Shown here one piece after another: positions 47,716 to 57,212 of a stretch of DNA of 57,366 nucleotides. This stretch comes from an uncultured Bacilli bacterium (GTDB lineage Bacteria > Bacillota_I > Bacilli_A > RF39 > UBA660). Under the pieces are notes generated by a model that saw only the letters and a program-made list of their open reading frames with translations, searched no databases and had not been told where the DNA came from. The stretch spans positions 1 to 57,366 of the forward strand of contig CALVPR010000003.1 of assembly GCA_944351765.1 (NCBI GenBank). The letters are read 5' to 3'. A program made the position numbers and the translations under genes. Position 1 is the first letter of the stretch, and the number at the start of each line of letters is the position of its first letter.

Positions 47716-49166
47716 ATTTTCTTCTCCTTATATTTAGTTCTATTTTTAGATAAATATTCTTCTCTTTTATTTAACTTTTTATTTGGTAATTTAATAATAC
47801 TATTTTTAATACCAGTTAAATTAAGTGGCGCAAATGGTATTAAATATGGTTTACCAAAAGAATATAGGCTACATAATTTAGTTATAAAGTATATAAATAC
47901 CATGGTTACTCCCACGATTCCCATAAGGGATGCTCCAATCATAAACAAGATACGATACCATCTAATACCATTAGTAATTTCTGGTTCAGTAAACAAAAAT
48001 CCAGTAATTGCTGTTACCGATATTACAATTATCATAATAGGGGATACAATTCCAGCGTTTACTGCAGCTTCCCCTAAAATTAAGGCTCCAACAATTGATA
48101 ATGCGCTACTTGCAAAACTTGTCATTCTTAAATCACTTTCTCTTAATATTTCAAAAGATAATGCCATAAGTATTGCTTCAAAAAAAGCAGGAAAAGGTAC
48201 GGAACTTCTTTGAGAAGCAAAATTTATTAAAAATTCTGTAGGTAGCATTTCTTGATTGTAAGTAATACATGCAATATAGATTCCGGGAGTAAATATTGTA
48301 ATTACAAATGCAATGAATCTAATAATTCTAGTAAATGTTACATTAATACTTTTATTAAAATTATCTTCTGGAGTTTTAAAATAATCGTTAATGGTAGAAG
48401 GCAAAATAAGAGCATAAGGGCATCCATCGATAATAATGGCTACTTTTCCATTTAATAATGCTTCACTTACTTTATCTGGTCTTTCTGTCGTAATAATTGT
48501 AGAAAATACTGATTTATTTTCTTTTTCAATTAAATTTTTAATATTTCCAGAGTTTATAATTCCATCAATATCAATTCTTTTTAAAAGCATATCAACTTTA
48601 TCAACAATATTTATATCAGCAATTCCATTTATATATAGGATACATGTTTTAGTATCAGTATATCTTCCAATAAAATTTTCTTTAACCCATAAATTATTAC
48701 TTTTAATTCTTCTTCTTACTAAACCTAAATTCATTTGAATATTTTCTACGAAGGCATCCATTGGTCCTCTTACTGTATTTTCGGTATTAGGAGTACTAAT
48801 AGATCTATATATGTTTCCCCTTGTTTCTAAAGCAAGAGCAGTATCACTATTTTCAATTAAAATAATTGTAAAAGCATTATGTAAGTAAAAACATAAATCT
48901 TTATAGGTACTTATTTCAGATACCTTAAAATTTGTAATATCATTTTTTATTACAGATATTAAGTCAACATCATTAATATATTTATTATCAATGTAATCCA
49001 AGCTTCTTACAATAAAATCACTTATTTTATCTGATGATACTATTGGTTCACTATATATAATATATATTTTTTTATTGTTTATATATTTAGTTCTATATAT
49101 TATATCACTACAATTATTAGTATCAGACTTTAATTTATTAATTACTTTTTCAATGTCTTTTAGCAT
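47703..49166 (-). CDS. spore germination receptor A subunit (GerAA/KA)
   Basis: RGPMDAFVE, TERPD, VPFP, GALILGEAAVNAG and SFGKPYL. Confidence 0.95.
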   Translation of the reverse strand: MLKDIEKVINKLKSDTNNCSDIIYRTKYINNKKIYIIYSEPIVSSDKISDFIVRSLDYIDNKYINDVDLISVIKNDITNFKVSEISTYKDLCFYLHNAFTIILIENSDTALALETRGNIYRSISTPNTENTVRGPMDAFVENIQMNLGLVRRRIKSNNLWVKENFIGRYTDTKTCILYINGIADINIVDKVDMLLKRIDIDGIINSGNIKNLIEKENKSVFSTIITTERPDKVSEALLNGKVAIIIDGCPYALILPSTINDYFKTPEDNFNKSINVTFTRIIRFIAFVITIFTPGIYIACITYNQEMLPTEFLINFASQRSSVPFPAFFEAILMALSFEILRESDLRMTSFASSALSIVGALILGEAAVNAGIVSPIMIIVISVTAITGFLFTEPEITNGIRWYRILFMIGASLMGIVGVTMVFIYFITKLCSLYSFGKPYLIPFAPLNLTGIKNSIIKLPNKKLNKREEYLSKNRTKYKEKKICEK

Positions 49167-49189
49167 AAAATCACCTTTATTTCTAACAT

Positions 49190-49218
49190 TATTATGTTTA
49201 AATTTATAAAAAATATGA
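49190..49218 (-). promoter_or_regulatory. sigG-like promoter of the ger operon
   Basis: TCATA-17-CATAATA. Confidence 0.55.
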
Positions 49219-49251
49219 TATAATTATTTTATATAATAAAGGAGAGTTTTT

Positions 49252-50361
49252 ATGGATTTGTATTTTTTTCCTGATTTAATACATGATTTTTTTGTTGATT
49301 TTAATTTTGGTACATTATTTTTATTTTTACTTTTTATAGTTATATATATAGTAATTAGTTGGTTATTATCTGATATGAATCATTTATTATATGGCAAAAA
49401 AAATGTTATTGCATGGATACCAGTTGCTAATGTATATTTGCTGGGGGAATTAATTTTATCAAAATCAGTTGGATATGGATTAAGTGGAGGTTTAGTATTA
49501 ATTATTTTATTTAATATTTTTATTGATTCTAATATATTAATTACAATATTATCAATAATATATTTCTTACTTTTATTAGGAAGTATCGGATATGCTTTAT
49601 ACAAATATATTGATTTGAAAAAAAGTGCTAAAAATAGTAGTATGGTTACAAATACACTTAATTTAACCGATGATAATGATAGTTTAGCTCCTACAAAGAC
49701 AAATGGACCTAGTGAAAGTCTAATTAATAGTATAAATGTTGTACCTACTAATAATATAAGTAATATAAATTCGGTGGGAATTACTCCAGTAAATAGTTTT
49801 TCCAATGATAATTCTATAAATAAAAATATGGATCAATTACCAATTAATAATATAAATTTAGTAGGGAATAATAATATGATTTCTCAGACTGAAAATACTG
49901 TTATTAAACAACCTGAAGAAAAACATTATGAAATGCCTAAATTAATATTAGAAGCTAGTAATAGTAGCAATACAGATGTTAAGATAAATAATAATAAATT
50001 AGAAAATGAAGAAGAAAGAATGACTTTTGTAACTGGCAATGATGAAAATGAAAAGTTATCTAGTGAAGGAAACATGAAATTTGTAACTGGCAATGACGAT
50101 GCAAACATGAGTTTTGTAACTGGTGAAAGCAATGATAATAATTCACCAAATGTATTAAATAGTCCTTTAATTAATTCTAATTTAAACCAAATTTCTAATG
50201 AAGTAACAGTTGTGAATGGTATGGTTTCTTCATCAAATGAAATTAAAAATGAAGAGTCAGAAAAAATGAATATAATAAACGGAACTATTATTCCTAATCA
50301 AAATACTAATAATCAACCATCAAATTCCGATTCAATTTTGGACTTAAATAAAAAGTTGTAA
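49252..50361 (+). CDS. membrane protein with a DUF5684-like N-terminus and Asn-rich disordered tail
   Basis: AWIPVANVY motif, 3-4 TMs, low-complexity C-terminus with MxFVTG repeats. Confidence 0.7.
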   Translation: MDLYFFPDLIHDFFVDFNFGTLFLFLLFIVIYIVISWLLSDMNHLLYGKKNVIAWIPVANVYLLGELILSKSVGYGLSGGLVLIILFNIFIDSNILITILSIIYFLLLLGSIGYALYKYIDLKKSAKNSSMVTNTLNLTDDNDSLAPTKTNGPSESLINSINVVPTNNISNINSVGITPVNSFSNDNSINKNMDQLPINNINLVGNNNMISQTENTVIKQPEEKHYEMPKLILEASNSSNTDVKINNNKLENEEERMTFVTGNDENEKLSSEGNMKFVTGNDDANMSFVTGESNDNNSPNVLNSPLINSNLNQISNEVTVVNGMVSSSNEIKNEESEKMNIINGTIIPNQNTNNQPSNSDSILDLNKKL

Positions 50362-50362
50362 A

Positions 50363-50392
50363 GTATAAATAATAATATTTTCTCATATAAAT
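50363..50392 (+). promoter_or_regulatory. sigE-like promoter of dacB-spmAB
   Basis: GTATA-16-CATATAAAT; dacB-spmAB is a sigE operon in Bacillus. Confidence 0.55.
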
Positions 50393-50406
50393 AATTAGGT
50401 GGTAAT

Positions 50407-51489
50407 ATGAAGAAAGTATTATTATTTTTTATATTGTGTTTAATGTTTATTCCTAAGGTTAATTGTAGTACTAGCAGTGCTCATTCTTATGTTCTTATGG
50501 ATGCTGAAACAGGAAGAGTATTAGATTCTAAAAATATGAATGATAAGTCTTTAATAGCATCTATAACTAAAATAATGACTTCAGTAATTGCTATTGAATC
50601 AAATAAATTAGATGAAATAATAACTGTTGATGAATCAATCTTATCAGCTTATGGTTCTGGTATATATATTCAAGTAGGAGAAGAAATGTCACTTAAAGAT
50701 ATGTTATATGGTTTAATGCTTAGAAGTGGGAATGATGCTGCCGTAATGATAGCGACTTATGTAGCAGGAAGTGAAGAAGCTTTTGTTAAGCTTATGAATG
50801 ATAAGGCTAAAAAAATTGGTATGAAAAATACTACTTTTGTAAATAGTAGTGGACTTGACAATACAGATTCTGGAAATTATTCTACGGCTTATGATATGGC
50901 TCTTTTAACAAGATATGCTATGCAATATGATGAATATAGAGAAATAGTTAAAACAAAAGAATATACGGTAAAAACTAATTATAAAACTTATGTATGGCAT
51001 AATAAAAATAAACTATTAAATTATGATTATGTTACTGGTGGCAAAACAGGATATACAGAAAAAGCTGGAAGAACATTGGTATCAACTGCAAGTAAAGATG
51101 ATATGAATTTAATTGTAGTTACAATAAGAGATTCTGATGATTGGAATACACATATAGAATTATATAATTATGCTTTTTCTAATTACACAGCATATAAAGT
51201 ATTAAATAAAAATAATTTTAATGTAATAGGGGATACTTATTATAATAATGATTTATACATTAAGGAAGATTTATATATTCCACTCAAAAATAGTGAAACA
51301 GGAATGCTAATAAGTAAAATTAAATTAGAAAAATTAAAAAACTACGAACAAGATGATAAAGTAGGATATATAGAAATATATATTGATGACGAATTACTTA
51401 CTACTAAAGATATTTATGTAAATAAAGAATGTGAAAATAAGACTCAAAGTTTTTGGTCTAAATTATGGGAGTGGATTAAATTTTGGTAA
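50407..51489 (+). CDS. dacB: sporulation D,D-carboxypeptidase (PBP5*)
   Basis: SITK, SGN and KTG motifs; followed by spmAB. Confidence 0.9.
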   Translation: MKKVLLFFILCLMFIPKVNCSTSSAHSYVLMDAETGRVLDSKNMNDKSLIASITKIMTSVIAIESNKLDEIITVDESILSAYGSGIYIQVGEEMSLKDMLYGLMLRSGNDAAVMIATYVAGSEEAFVKLMNDKAKKIGMKNTTFVNSSGLDNTDSGNYSTAYDMALLTRYAMQYDEYREIVKTKEYTVKTNYKTYVWHNKNKLLNYDYVTGGKTGYTEKAGRTLVSTASKDDMNLIVVTIRDSDDWNTHIELYNYAFSNYTAYKVLNKNNFNVIGDTYYNNDLYIKEDLYIPLKNSETGMLISKIKLEKLKNYEQDDKVGYIEIYIDDELLTTKDIYVNKECENKTQSFWSKLWEWIKFW

Positions 51490-52079
51490 ATTATATATGG
51501 GCTTTTTTTATAGTAGTAGGTATAGTTTATAGCTTTTTTAGTGGTAATACAGATATTATTAATACAGAAATTATTTCATCTGCTTCATCATCAATTAATA
51601 TGATATTAACAATTCTTCCTATAATGTGTTTATGGTTAGGTCTTATGAATATAGCTAAAGAAAGTGGAATGTTAGATATAATGTCTAAAAAAATTTCTCC
51701 AGTTATAAAAATTCTTTTTCCTGAAATACCTAAAAATCATGAAGCTTTGAGTTTAATCTCTTCTAATATTGTTATGAATATGTTAGGACTTGGTAATGCT
51801 GCTACACCATTTGGGTTAAAAGCAATGAAGTCGATGCAGTCATTAAATAAGCATAAAGATAGAGCAAGTAGAAGTATGATAACTTTTTTAGTAATAAATA
51901 CAGCATCTGTGACAATTATTCCTACTACAGTTATTAGTTTTAGATTAATAAATGGTGCTAAAAATCCAGCTGATATAGTGCTTGCAAGTGTAATAACAAC
52001 TATTTTATCTTGTTTATTTGGACTTATCTTGGATAGAATATGTTATTTGATATGGAGACGAAAACATGTATATAGCTAA
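51483..52079 (+). CDS. spmA: spore maturation protein A
   Basis: LWLGLM.IA, NMLGLGNAATPFGLKAM and IPTT. Confidence 0.95.
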   Translation: MVNYIWAFFIVVGIVYSFFSGNTDIINTEIISSASSSINMILTILPIMCLWLGLMNIAKESGMLDIMSKKISPVIKILFPEIPKNHEALSLISSNIVMNMLGLGNAATPFGLKAMKSMQSLNKHKDRASRSMITFLVINTASVTIIPTTVISFRLINGAKNPADIVLASVITTILSCLFGLILDRICYLIWRRKHVYS

Positions 52080-52581
52080 TATTATTTTGCCATTAATAGT
52101 TCTTTTAATAGTAGTATATGGAATATATAAGAAAATAGATGTTTTTAATGTGTTTATTGAAGGTGTTAAAGAAGGATTGGCTATGACCTTGCAAATATTT
52201 CCCACGATATTAGCAATGATTGTTTCAATAAATATATTTTTAAAAAGTAATATTTTACAAGATATTACTATATATTTAAAATCTCTTTTTGATATTTTAC
52301 AATTTCCTAGTGAAATATTACCTTTAGCAATATTAAGACCCATTTCAGGTTCATCTTCTTTAATAATGTTAAATAATATTTTAAGTACTTATGGTGTAGA
52401 TTCTTATATTGGAAGAGTAGCATCGGTTATCCAAGGAAGTACAGATACTACTATATATATATTAGGCCTTTATTTTGGAAGTGTTGGTATAAAAAAAATA
52501 AAATATTCGTTATTAGTAGGTTTATTATCTGATTTATCATGTATTATAATTTCTTTAATAGTAGTATCAATATTATTCTAA
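52066..52581 (+). CDS. spmB: spore maturation protein B
   Basis: F.EG.KEG, RPISGS and GSTDTT.Y...YFGSVGI. Confidence 0.95.
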   Translation: MYIANIILPLIVLLIVVYGIYKKIDVFNVFIEGVKEGLAMTLQIFPTILAMIVSINIFLKSNILQDITIYLKSLFDILQFPSEILPLAILRPISGSSSLIMLNNILSTYGVDSYIGRVASVIQGSTDTTIYILGLYFGSVGIKKIKYSLLVGLLSDLSCIIISLIVVSILF

Positions 52582-52617
52582 AAAAACAGAAATCATTAAA
52601 TCGATTTCTGTCTTTTG
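52581..52617. terminator. bidirectional terminator
   Basis: A run, ACAGAAATC-N8-GATTTCTGT, then CTTTT. Confidence 0.7.
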
Positions 52618-52626
52618 GGTTACAAC

Positions 52627-52767
52627 CTATCTTAATTCATTTTCTGGTTGTTTTTCTTCAGTGTTAGGTTCGTTTTCTTTGCAACAATTTTTCATGTCAA
52701 CATTTTTGTTTAACATATCTTTTTTGCATTTGTTTGAACTAACATTGTTTTGCTTTCTTTTAGCCAT
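52627..52767 (-). CDS. 46-aa hydrophilic small protein MAKRKQNNVSSNKCKKDMLNKNVDMKNCCKENEPNTEEKQPENELR (candidate minor spore protein)
   Basis: GGGTGA RBS, consensus sigG promoter upstream and terminator downstream; not in the ORF track. Confidence 0.7.
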   Translation of the reverse strand: MAKRKQNNVSSNKCKKDMLNKNVDMKNCCKENEPNTEEKQPENELR

Positions 52768-52783
52768 TTTCATCACCCATTTA

Positions 52784-52812
52784 TAATATGGTGAATTATT
52801 ATAGAATTATAC
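52784..52812 (-). promoter_or_regulatory. sigG consensus promoter
   Basis: GTATA-17-CATATTA. Confidence 0.7.
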
Positions 52813-52816
52813 ATAA

Positions 52817-53233
52817 TTATTTATTTTTAATTTTTTTATATACTCTTTTAGTTTTTTCATATAATGAACTTTCTTGTTTTTTACTATAAAATCCATTTAT
52901 TGAAAGTTCTATAAGATGAGATGGACTATTTTCTTTTTTAGCATTTTTCCATAATCCAATAAATTTTTTAGCATCATAATCATATTTTAAATCATTAAAA
53001 ACAATGTTGTTTTTAGATAAAAAATACAAGTGCAAGTTATTTTTATTTAAAAATGAACCAAATACTAACATCTCATTATTGTTTTCTCCATTTTGTTTAA
53101 TGATACCGATTAAATGTTTCCCATTTGGGCACATCAATTCACCACTAAAATTTTGTGTAATCTCATTATAGTATCCAATATCCATATCATCAACTCTATG
53201 TTCATATTGTCCTTTTAATTTTAATAATAGCAT
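52817..53233 (-). CDS. hypothetical protein
   Basis: Start MLLLK after AAGGAGTG; no recognised motif. Confidence 0.65.
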   Translation of the reverse strand: MLLLKLKGQYEHRVDDMDIGYYNEITQNFSGELMCPNGKHLIGIIKQNGENNNEMLVFGSFLNKNNLHLYFLSKNNIVFNDLKYDYDAKKFIGLWKNAKKENSPSHLIELSINGFYSKKQESSLYEKTKRVYKKIKNK

Positions 53234-53347
53234 AAAATCACTCCTTTGATAGGATATTATATATTTTAAATAGAATTTAGTCAATATTTATTAATAATCT
53301 TTTATTTTTAGAAAAAATAATATATAATGTTTTTAGGAGAAATAGTT

Positions 53348-54583
53348 ATGGAATCATCTGTTTATAAAATTAAGTCGATGTATAAAATTGAAGAATTTCT
53401 AAAGCCACAAATAATTTATATTCCTATGGGAAGAACTTCATCAATAAAAATAGGAGATTATATTTATAAAGGAGATGTTGTTTTTATTGATGATAAAGAC
53501 GACTATATTATACATTCATCAATTAGTGGAACTGTTGTTAATGTTAAAGATAACTTAAATTATTTAGGTGAAAAGCAATCATTTTTTGTTGTGGAAAATG
53601 ATTTTAAAGAGAAAACAAGAAATGGTAAAGGAAGTATATGTAAAAAAGTAAAATATAATAAAAATTCTTTTTTTGATTTATTGAATACTGGCGGAATAAT
53701 GGGAATTGAAGAATCTGGTTTATGCCAAAACTTTTTGCGAGTTGATACATATAAATATTTATTAGTTAATGCATTTGAAATATCACCTATAGAATTTAAT
53801 AATGGATGTATAATTAATAACTATACTGAGTCAATTTTAGAATGTATGGATTTAATTATAGATGTATTGGGTTTAAAAAAGGGATATATAATTATTAATG
53901 AAAATGATTATGTAAATATAAAAAAGATAAATCAATATATAGGAAGTTATCCTAATATTGAATTAATTTTGTTAACTAATTTTTATAATTGGAAATGTGA
54001 TTATAATATATTAAATTATTTTATTGATTTTACAAAAGATGAAGAAAATTGTATAGATAATATTATTTTTAATAGTGTAAATGTAATATTTTTAATATAT
54101 GAAATATTAAAAAATCAAAAACCGATTACAGAAAAAATTATAACTATTTGTGGGAATGGAATCCGAAAAAATAAAAATCTTAAAGTTAAAATAGGAACTT
54201 CTTTAAATGAAATTGGATTAAAAACAATTGATTATTTAAAAAATCAAAATAAATTATTCATACTTGGTAGTTTAATAAATGGAAAAAGCGTTTGTACAGA
54301 TGATGTAATTATTGACAAAAAGTTAAAAGACATTAATGTAATAAAAAATGAATTTTTAAAAACGACAGAATGTATAAAGTGTGGTTTGTGTCATAATGTT
54401 TGCCCTATGAAATTATATCCTATTATGATTATGAATAATTTAAATAATGTTAATAGACTAAAAAAGATTAAAGCTGTTGAATGTATTGAATGTGGTTTGT
54501 GTTCATATATTTGTCCATCAAAAATTGAATTAAATGAATATGTGAAAATTGCAAAAGAAAAGGTGAAGAAAGAAAATGTTTGA
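53348..54583 (+). CDS. degenerate RnfC/RsxC-like Fe-S protein
   Basis: IHSSISGTV barrel, SLBB-like KVKIGT, two CxxCxxCxxxCP motifs. Confidence 0.8.
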   Translation: MESSVYKIKSMYKIEEFLKPQIIYIPMGRTSSIKIGDYIYKGDVVFIDDKDDYIIHSSISGTVVNVKDNLNYLGEKQSFFVVENDFKEKTRNGKGSICKKVKYNKNSFFDLLNTGGIMGIEESGLCQNFLRVDTYKYLLVNAFEISPIEFNNGCIINNYTESILECMDLIIDVLGLKKGYIIINENDYVNIKKINQYIGSYPNIELILLTNFYNWKCDYNILNYFIDFTKDEENCIDNIIFNSVNVIFLIYEILKNQKPITEKIITICGNGIRKNKNLKVKIGTSLNEIGLKTIDYLKNQNKLFILGSLINGKSVCTDDVIIDKKLKDINVIKNEFLKTTECIKCGLCHNVCPMKLYPIMIMNNLNNVNRLKKIKAVECIECGLCSYICPSKIELNEYVKIAKEKVKKENV

Positions 54584-55421
54584 TACAAAAATAGGGAATT
54601 TTTTTAAAAATTATAGTTATTCTAAAACAATTTTAAAAAAATTATTGTTAACTTTATTTATAATATATTTATTTATGTGTTTTTATAACTCAAATAACTT
54701 AATAAACTTTTTTTTAATAACTTTTATAGTATTATTTACAAATATGATTTTTGTTTATGTTTTTCGTAAAAAAGTATCTGGATTTTTAAAAAATAATGAT
54801 ATAGATATATTGAATTCTATTATCTGTAGTGTAATTATTACTATATTTATTCCAATAAATTATCCTTTATTATTTTTAATTTTAGATTTAGTGATTGCCA
54901 ACATAATAGTTAAAGTGGCAAAATTGAGTCTAAACTTAAATATAAATTATACGGTTCTTACTATTTTTATAGTAGCTCTTACTAGTAATTTTATAGGTAA
55001 TTCATCAGTTGTTTTGTTTTCTGATTTTACAAATATTTTTATTGTATTGGGTTATATTGTTATTTTATCTTATTTATCTGTTAATTATTGTGTAAATGTA
55101 AAAATAACATTAATATATTTAGTTGTTTTAATTTTAGGTTTGGTAATTTTAGGAGAACTATTTGATTTAATGCTTGTAAAAAATTATTCTTTAATATTTG
55201 ATTTTTATAATATATTTTTTTCAATCTATATAATTAATGATTATAAATCGATACCATATTTATCTATTAGTCAGTATATATATGGAGCTTTTATTGGGTT
55301 TTTTATGTTATTAAGTTTATTGTTTAAAAATAATTTTATCGTTTTATTGGGTATAATTATGTTAAATATTTGTAGTAATATAATTGATAATTTTGTGTTA
55401 AATAAAAAAATGGGAATTTAA
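54576..55421 (+). CDS. degenerate RnfD-like membrane protein
   Basis: About 9-10 TMs; DYKSIP...QYIYGAFIG and IIMLNI...IID echo the RnfD C-terminus; overlaps the rnfC-like gene. Confidence 0.6.
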   Translation: MFDTKIGNFFKNYSYSKTILKKLLLTLFIIYLFMCFYNSNNLINFFLITFIVLFTNMIFVYVFRKKVSGFLKNNDIDILNSIICSVIITIFIPINYPLLFLILDLVIANIIVKVAKLSLNLNINYTVLTIFIVALTSNFIGNSSVVLFSDFTNIFIVLGYIVILSYLSVNYCVNVKITLIYLVVLILGLVILGELFDLMLVKNYSLIFDFYNIFFSIYIINDYKSIPYLSISQYIYGAFIGFFMLLSLLFKNNFIVLLGIIMLNICSNIIDNFVLNKKMGI

Positions 55422-55426
55422 AATTC

Positions 55427-56458
55427 TCATTTTTCATCGCTTTTAACAAGTTTAGCATGTACTACAACTCTTTTTTGACCAGTATTATCACAAGTTGATA
55501 GTGTTAGAATCTTATCATTAATAGTTACATCAGTATTAAAATTATATATACTTCTATTTTTCAAAGTATTTATAAATTCTTGAAATTCTTCATCAGAGAA
55601 AACTGTTTTTAAATAATAAACTTCTGGCGTTATTGTATAAACTGAAAATATTTTCCATACAGAATTAGCTGTTGGTGTAGAAACTTTTATAAAATGATTA
55701 TTTGAATTGCTTTGCCATGAGCTATTTAAAACGGCATCAGGAAGTGATCCAAACATGGTTTTATTATTCATGTTATGACCATAAATAATGCTATTCTTTT
55801 TTAAATTGGTAAAATCATTTCTGTAGTCACTAAAAATCCATCCTGCTTTATTATAGTTTTTTTGAAAATCGTGGCTTAAATAAAAATCATTATTGGTAGT
55901 TTGTACTACTGGATAATTTACTTTAGTGCCTTCAACTTTTATCCAAGCAACAGTTTCGTTGTTTTTTGCTAATAATGAACTAAAGTCAACATCTATATAT
56001 GGTACATTTATATAATCCCAATAATCATTTGGATAATAAGTCCCACTATTTGTATTATTGTCTGTGTCTGTATCGCTGTCATCAGGTTCATCAGATGTAT
56101 CATCTTCAGGAGGTATAATTTCTACTTTTTCAACAATTTCTGTGGAAGAAATTATATCTTCAGTTAAATATTTAATTTTTAATCCTTGGGTGTACCATCT
56201 AACAAATATAAATATACATGATAAATATGTTAGAATTAGTAAGCTAAAAATAATTTTGGAAGAAAACTTTATATTTTTTGGAATCGTTGGTGATTCTGTT
56301 TTTTGCTTTTTATTGAATATTTTTTTTATTCCTAATATTAAATATTTTGGAACTATTGTTATAGATACGAATAATCCAATAAAAAAGTATTTAACAATCA
56401 TGATAATTATTATTGGTAAATAAAATAATCCAATAAAAAAATATTTAAAGATAATAAT
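55427..56458 (-). CDS. srtB: class B sortase (probable ATT start at 56458; ORF-track ATG at 56401)
   Basis: NYPVVQ..NN.FYL, YGHNM...MFG and LTLSTC...R. Confidence 0.88.
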   Translation of the reverse strand: MIIFKYFFIGLFYLPIIIIMIVKYFFIGLFVSITIVPKYLILGIKKIFNKKQKTESPTIPKNIKFSSKIIFSLLILTYLSCIFIFVRWYTQGLKIKYLTEDIISSTEIVEKVEIIPPEDDTSDEPDDSDTDTDNNTNSGTYYPNDYWDYINVPYIDVDFSSLLAKNNETVAWIKVEGTKVNYPVVQTTNNDFYLSHDFQKNYNKAGWIFSDYRNDFTNLKKNSIIYGHNMNNKTMFGSLPDAVLNSSWQSNSNNHFIKVSTPTANSVWKIFSVYTITPEVYYLKTVFSDEEFQEFINTLKNRSIYNFNTDVTINDKILTLSTCDNTGQKRVVVHAKLVKSDEK

Positions 56459-56583
56459 TAATCACCTCCGATTTATTCTATTAAAATTATATCATAAATT
56501 TTGAAAAAAAGTAGTGATAGTTGTTAAAAAAAAGATTTTGTTGTATAATACAAAGAGAAAACGCAGGTAGTGGGTGATATTAA

Positions 56584-57126
56584 GTGTATGATAATTTAAA
56601 AGTAGGTGAAAAATTAGAAATTCACTGTTATAAACACAATGGAAGATTGCATCGTCAATGGGATGAAGCAGTAGTTCTTGATATACATGATGATTATATT
56701 GTATTTGGTAATAACAAAACAGTGGTTATAGATAGTGATGGTAAAGTGTGGAGGACAAAAGAACCTGCCATAATGTTTTTCTTTAAAAATAGATGGTTTA
56801 ATATAATAGGACAATTAAAGGAATATGGTATATATTTTTATTGTAATATAGCGACGCCTTTTTTAATTGATGATAAAGTTATAAAATATATTGATTATGA
56901 TTTAGATTTGCGAGTATTTCCTAATGGAAGCTTTAAAATACTTGATAGAATGGAATATAAGTATCATAAGAAGCAGATGCATTATTCTAATCGATTAGAT
57001 TTTATATTAAAATATGAACTTGGTAACTTAATAGATATGGTTAGATTAAAAGAAAAGCCATTTGATAAAGAAACAGTAGAGCATTATTATAATATATATA
57101 AAAATATTGTTAATAATAAAAAATAA
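56584..57126 (+). CDS. DUF402/YgaC nucleoside tri-/diphosphate phosphatase
   Basis: YKHNGRLHR.W, W.TKEPAI, YCNIATP, YIDYDLD; GTG start. Confidence 0.9.
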   Translation: MYDNLKVGEKLEIHCYKHNGRLHRQWDEAVVLDIHDDYIVFGNNKTVVIDSDGKVWRTKEPAIMFFFKNRWFNIIGQLKEYGIYFYCNIATPFLIDDKVIKYIDYDLDLRVFPNGSFKILDRMEYKYHKKQMHYSNRLDFILKYELGNLIDMVRLKEKPFDKETVEHYYNIYKNIVNNKK

Positions 57127-57158
57127 AATAATAATTGTTGTCATATTTTATTTTTTTT

Positions 57159-57206
57159 AATAATAATATATATTGTTACAAAAATAATAATATATATTGT
57201 TACAAA
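57159..57206. repeat. perfect tandem 24-bp duplication AATAATAATATATATTGTTACAAA
   Basis: Read directly from the sequence. Confidence 0.85.
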
Positions 57207-57212
57207 AAAGTG

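Noticed and set aside
720-56814. Short ORF-track entries antisense to or nested in real genes (e.g. 720-941, 5883-6131, 16182-16409, 44120-44500, 46841-48738, 49380-49805, 56058-56423, 56614-56814)
   Set aside because: Shadow ORFs of well-supported genes, with no RBS or motif support
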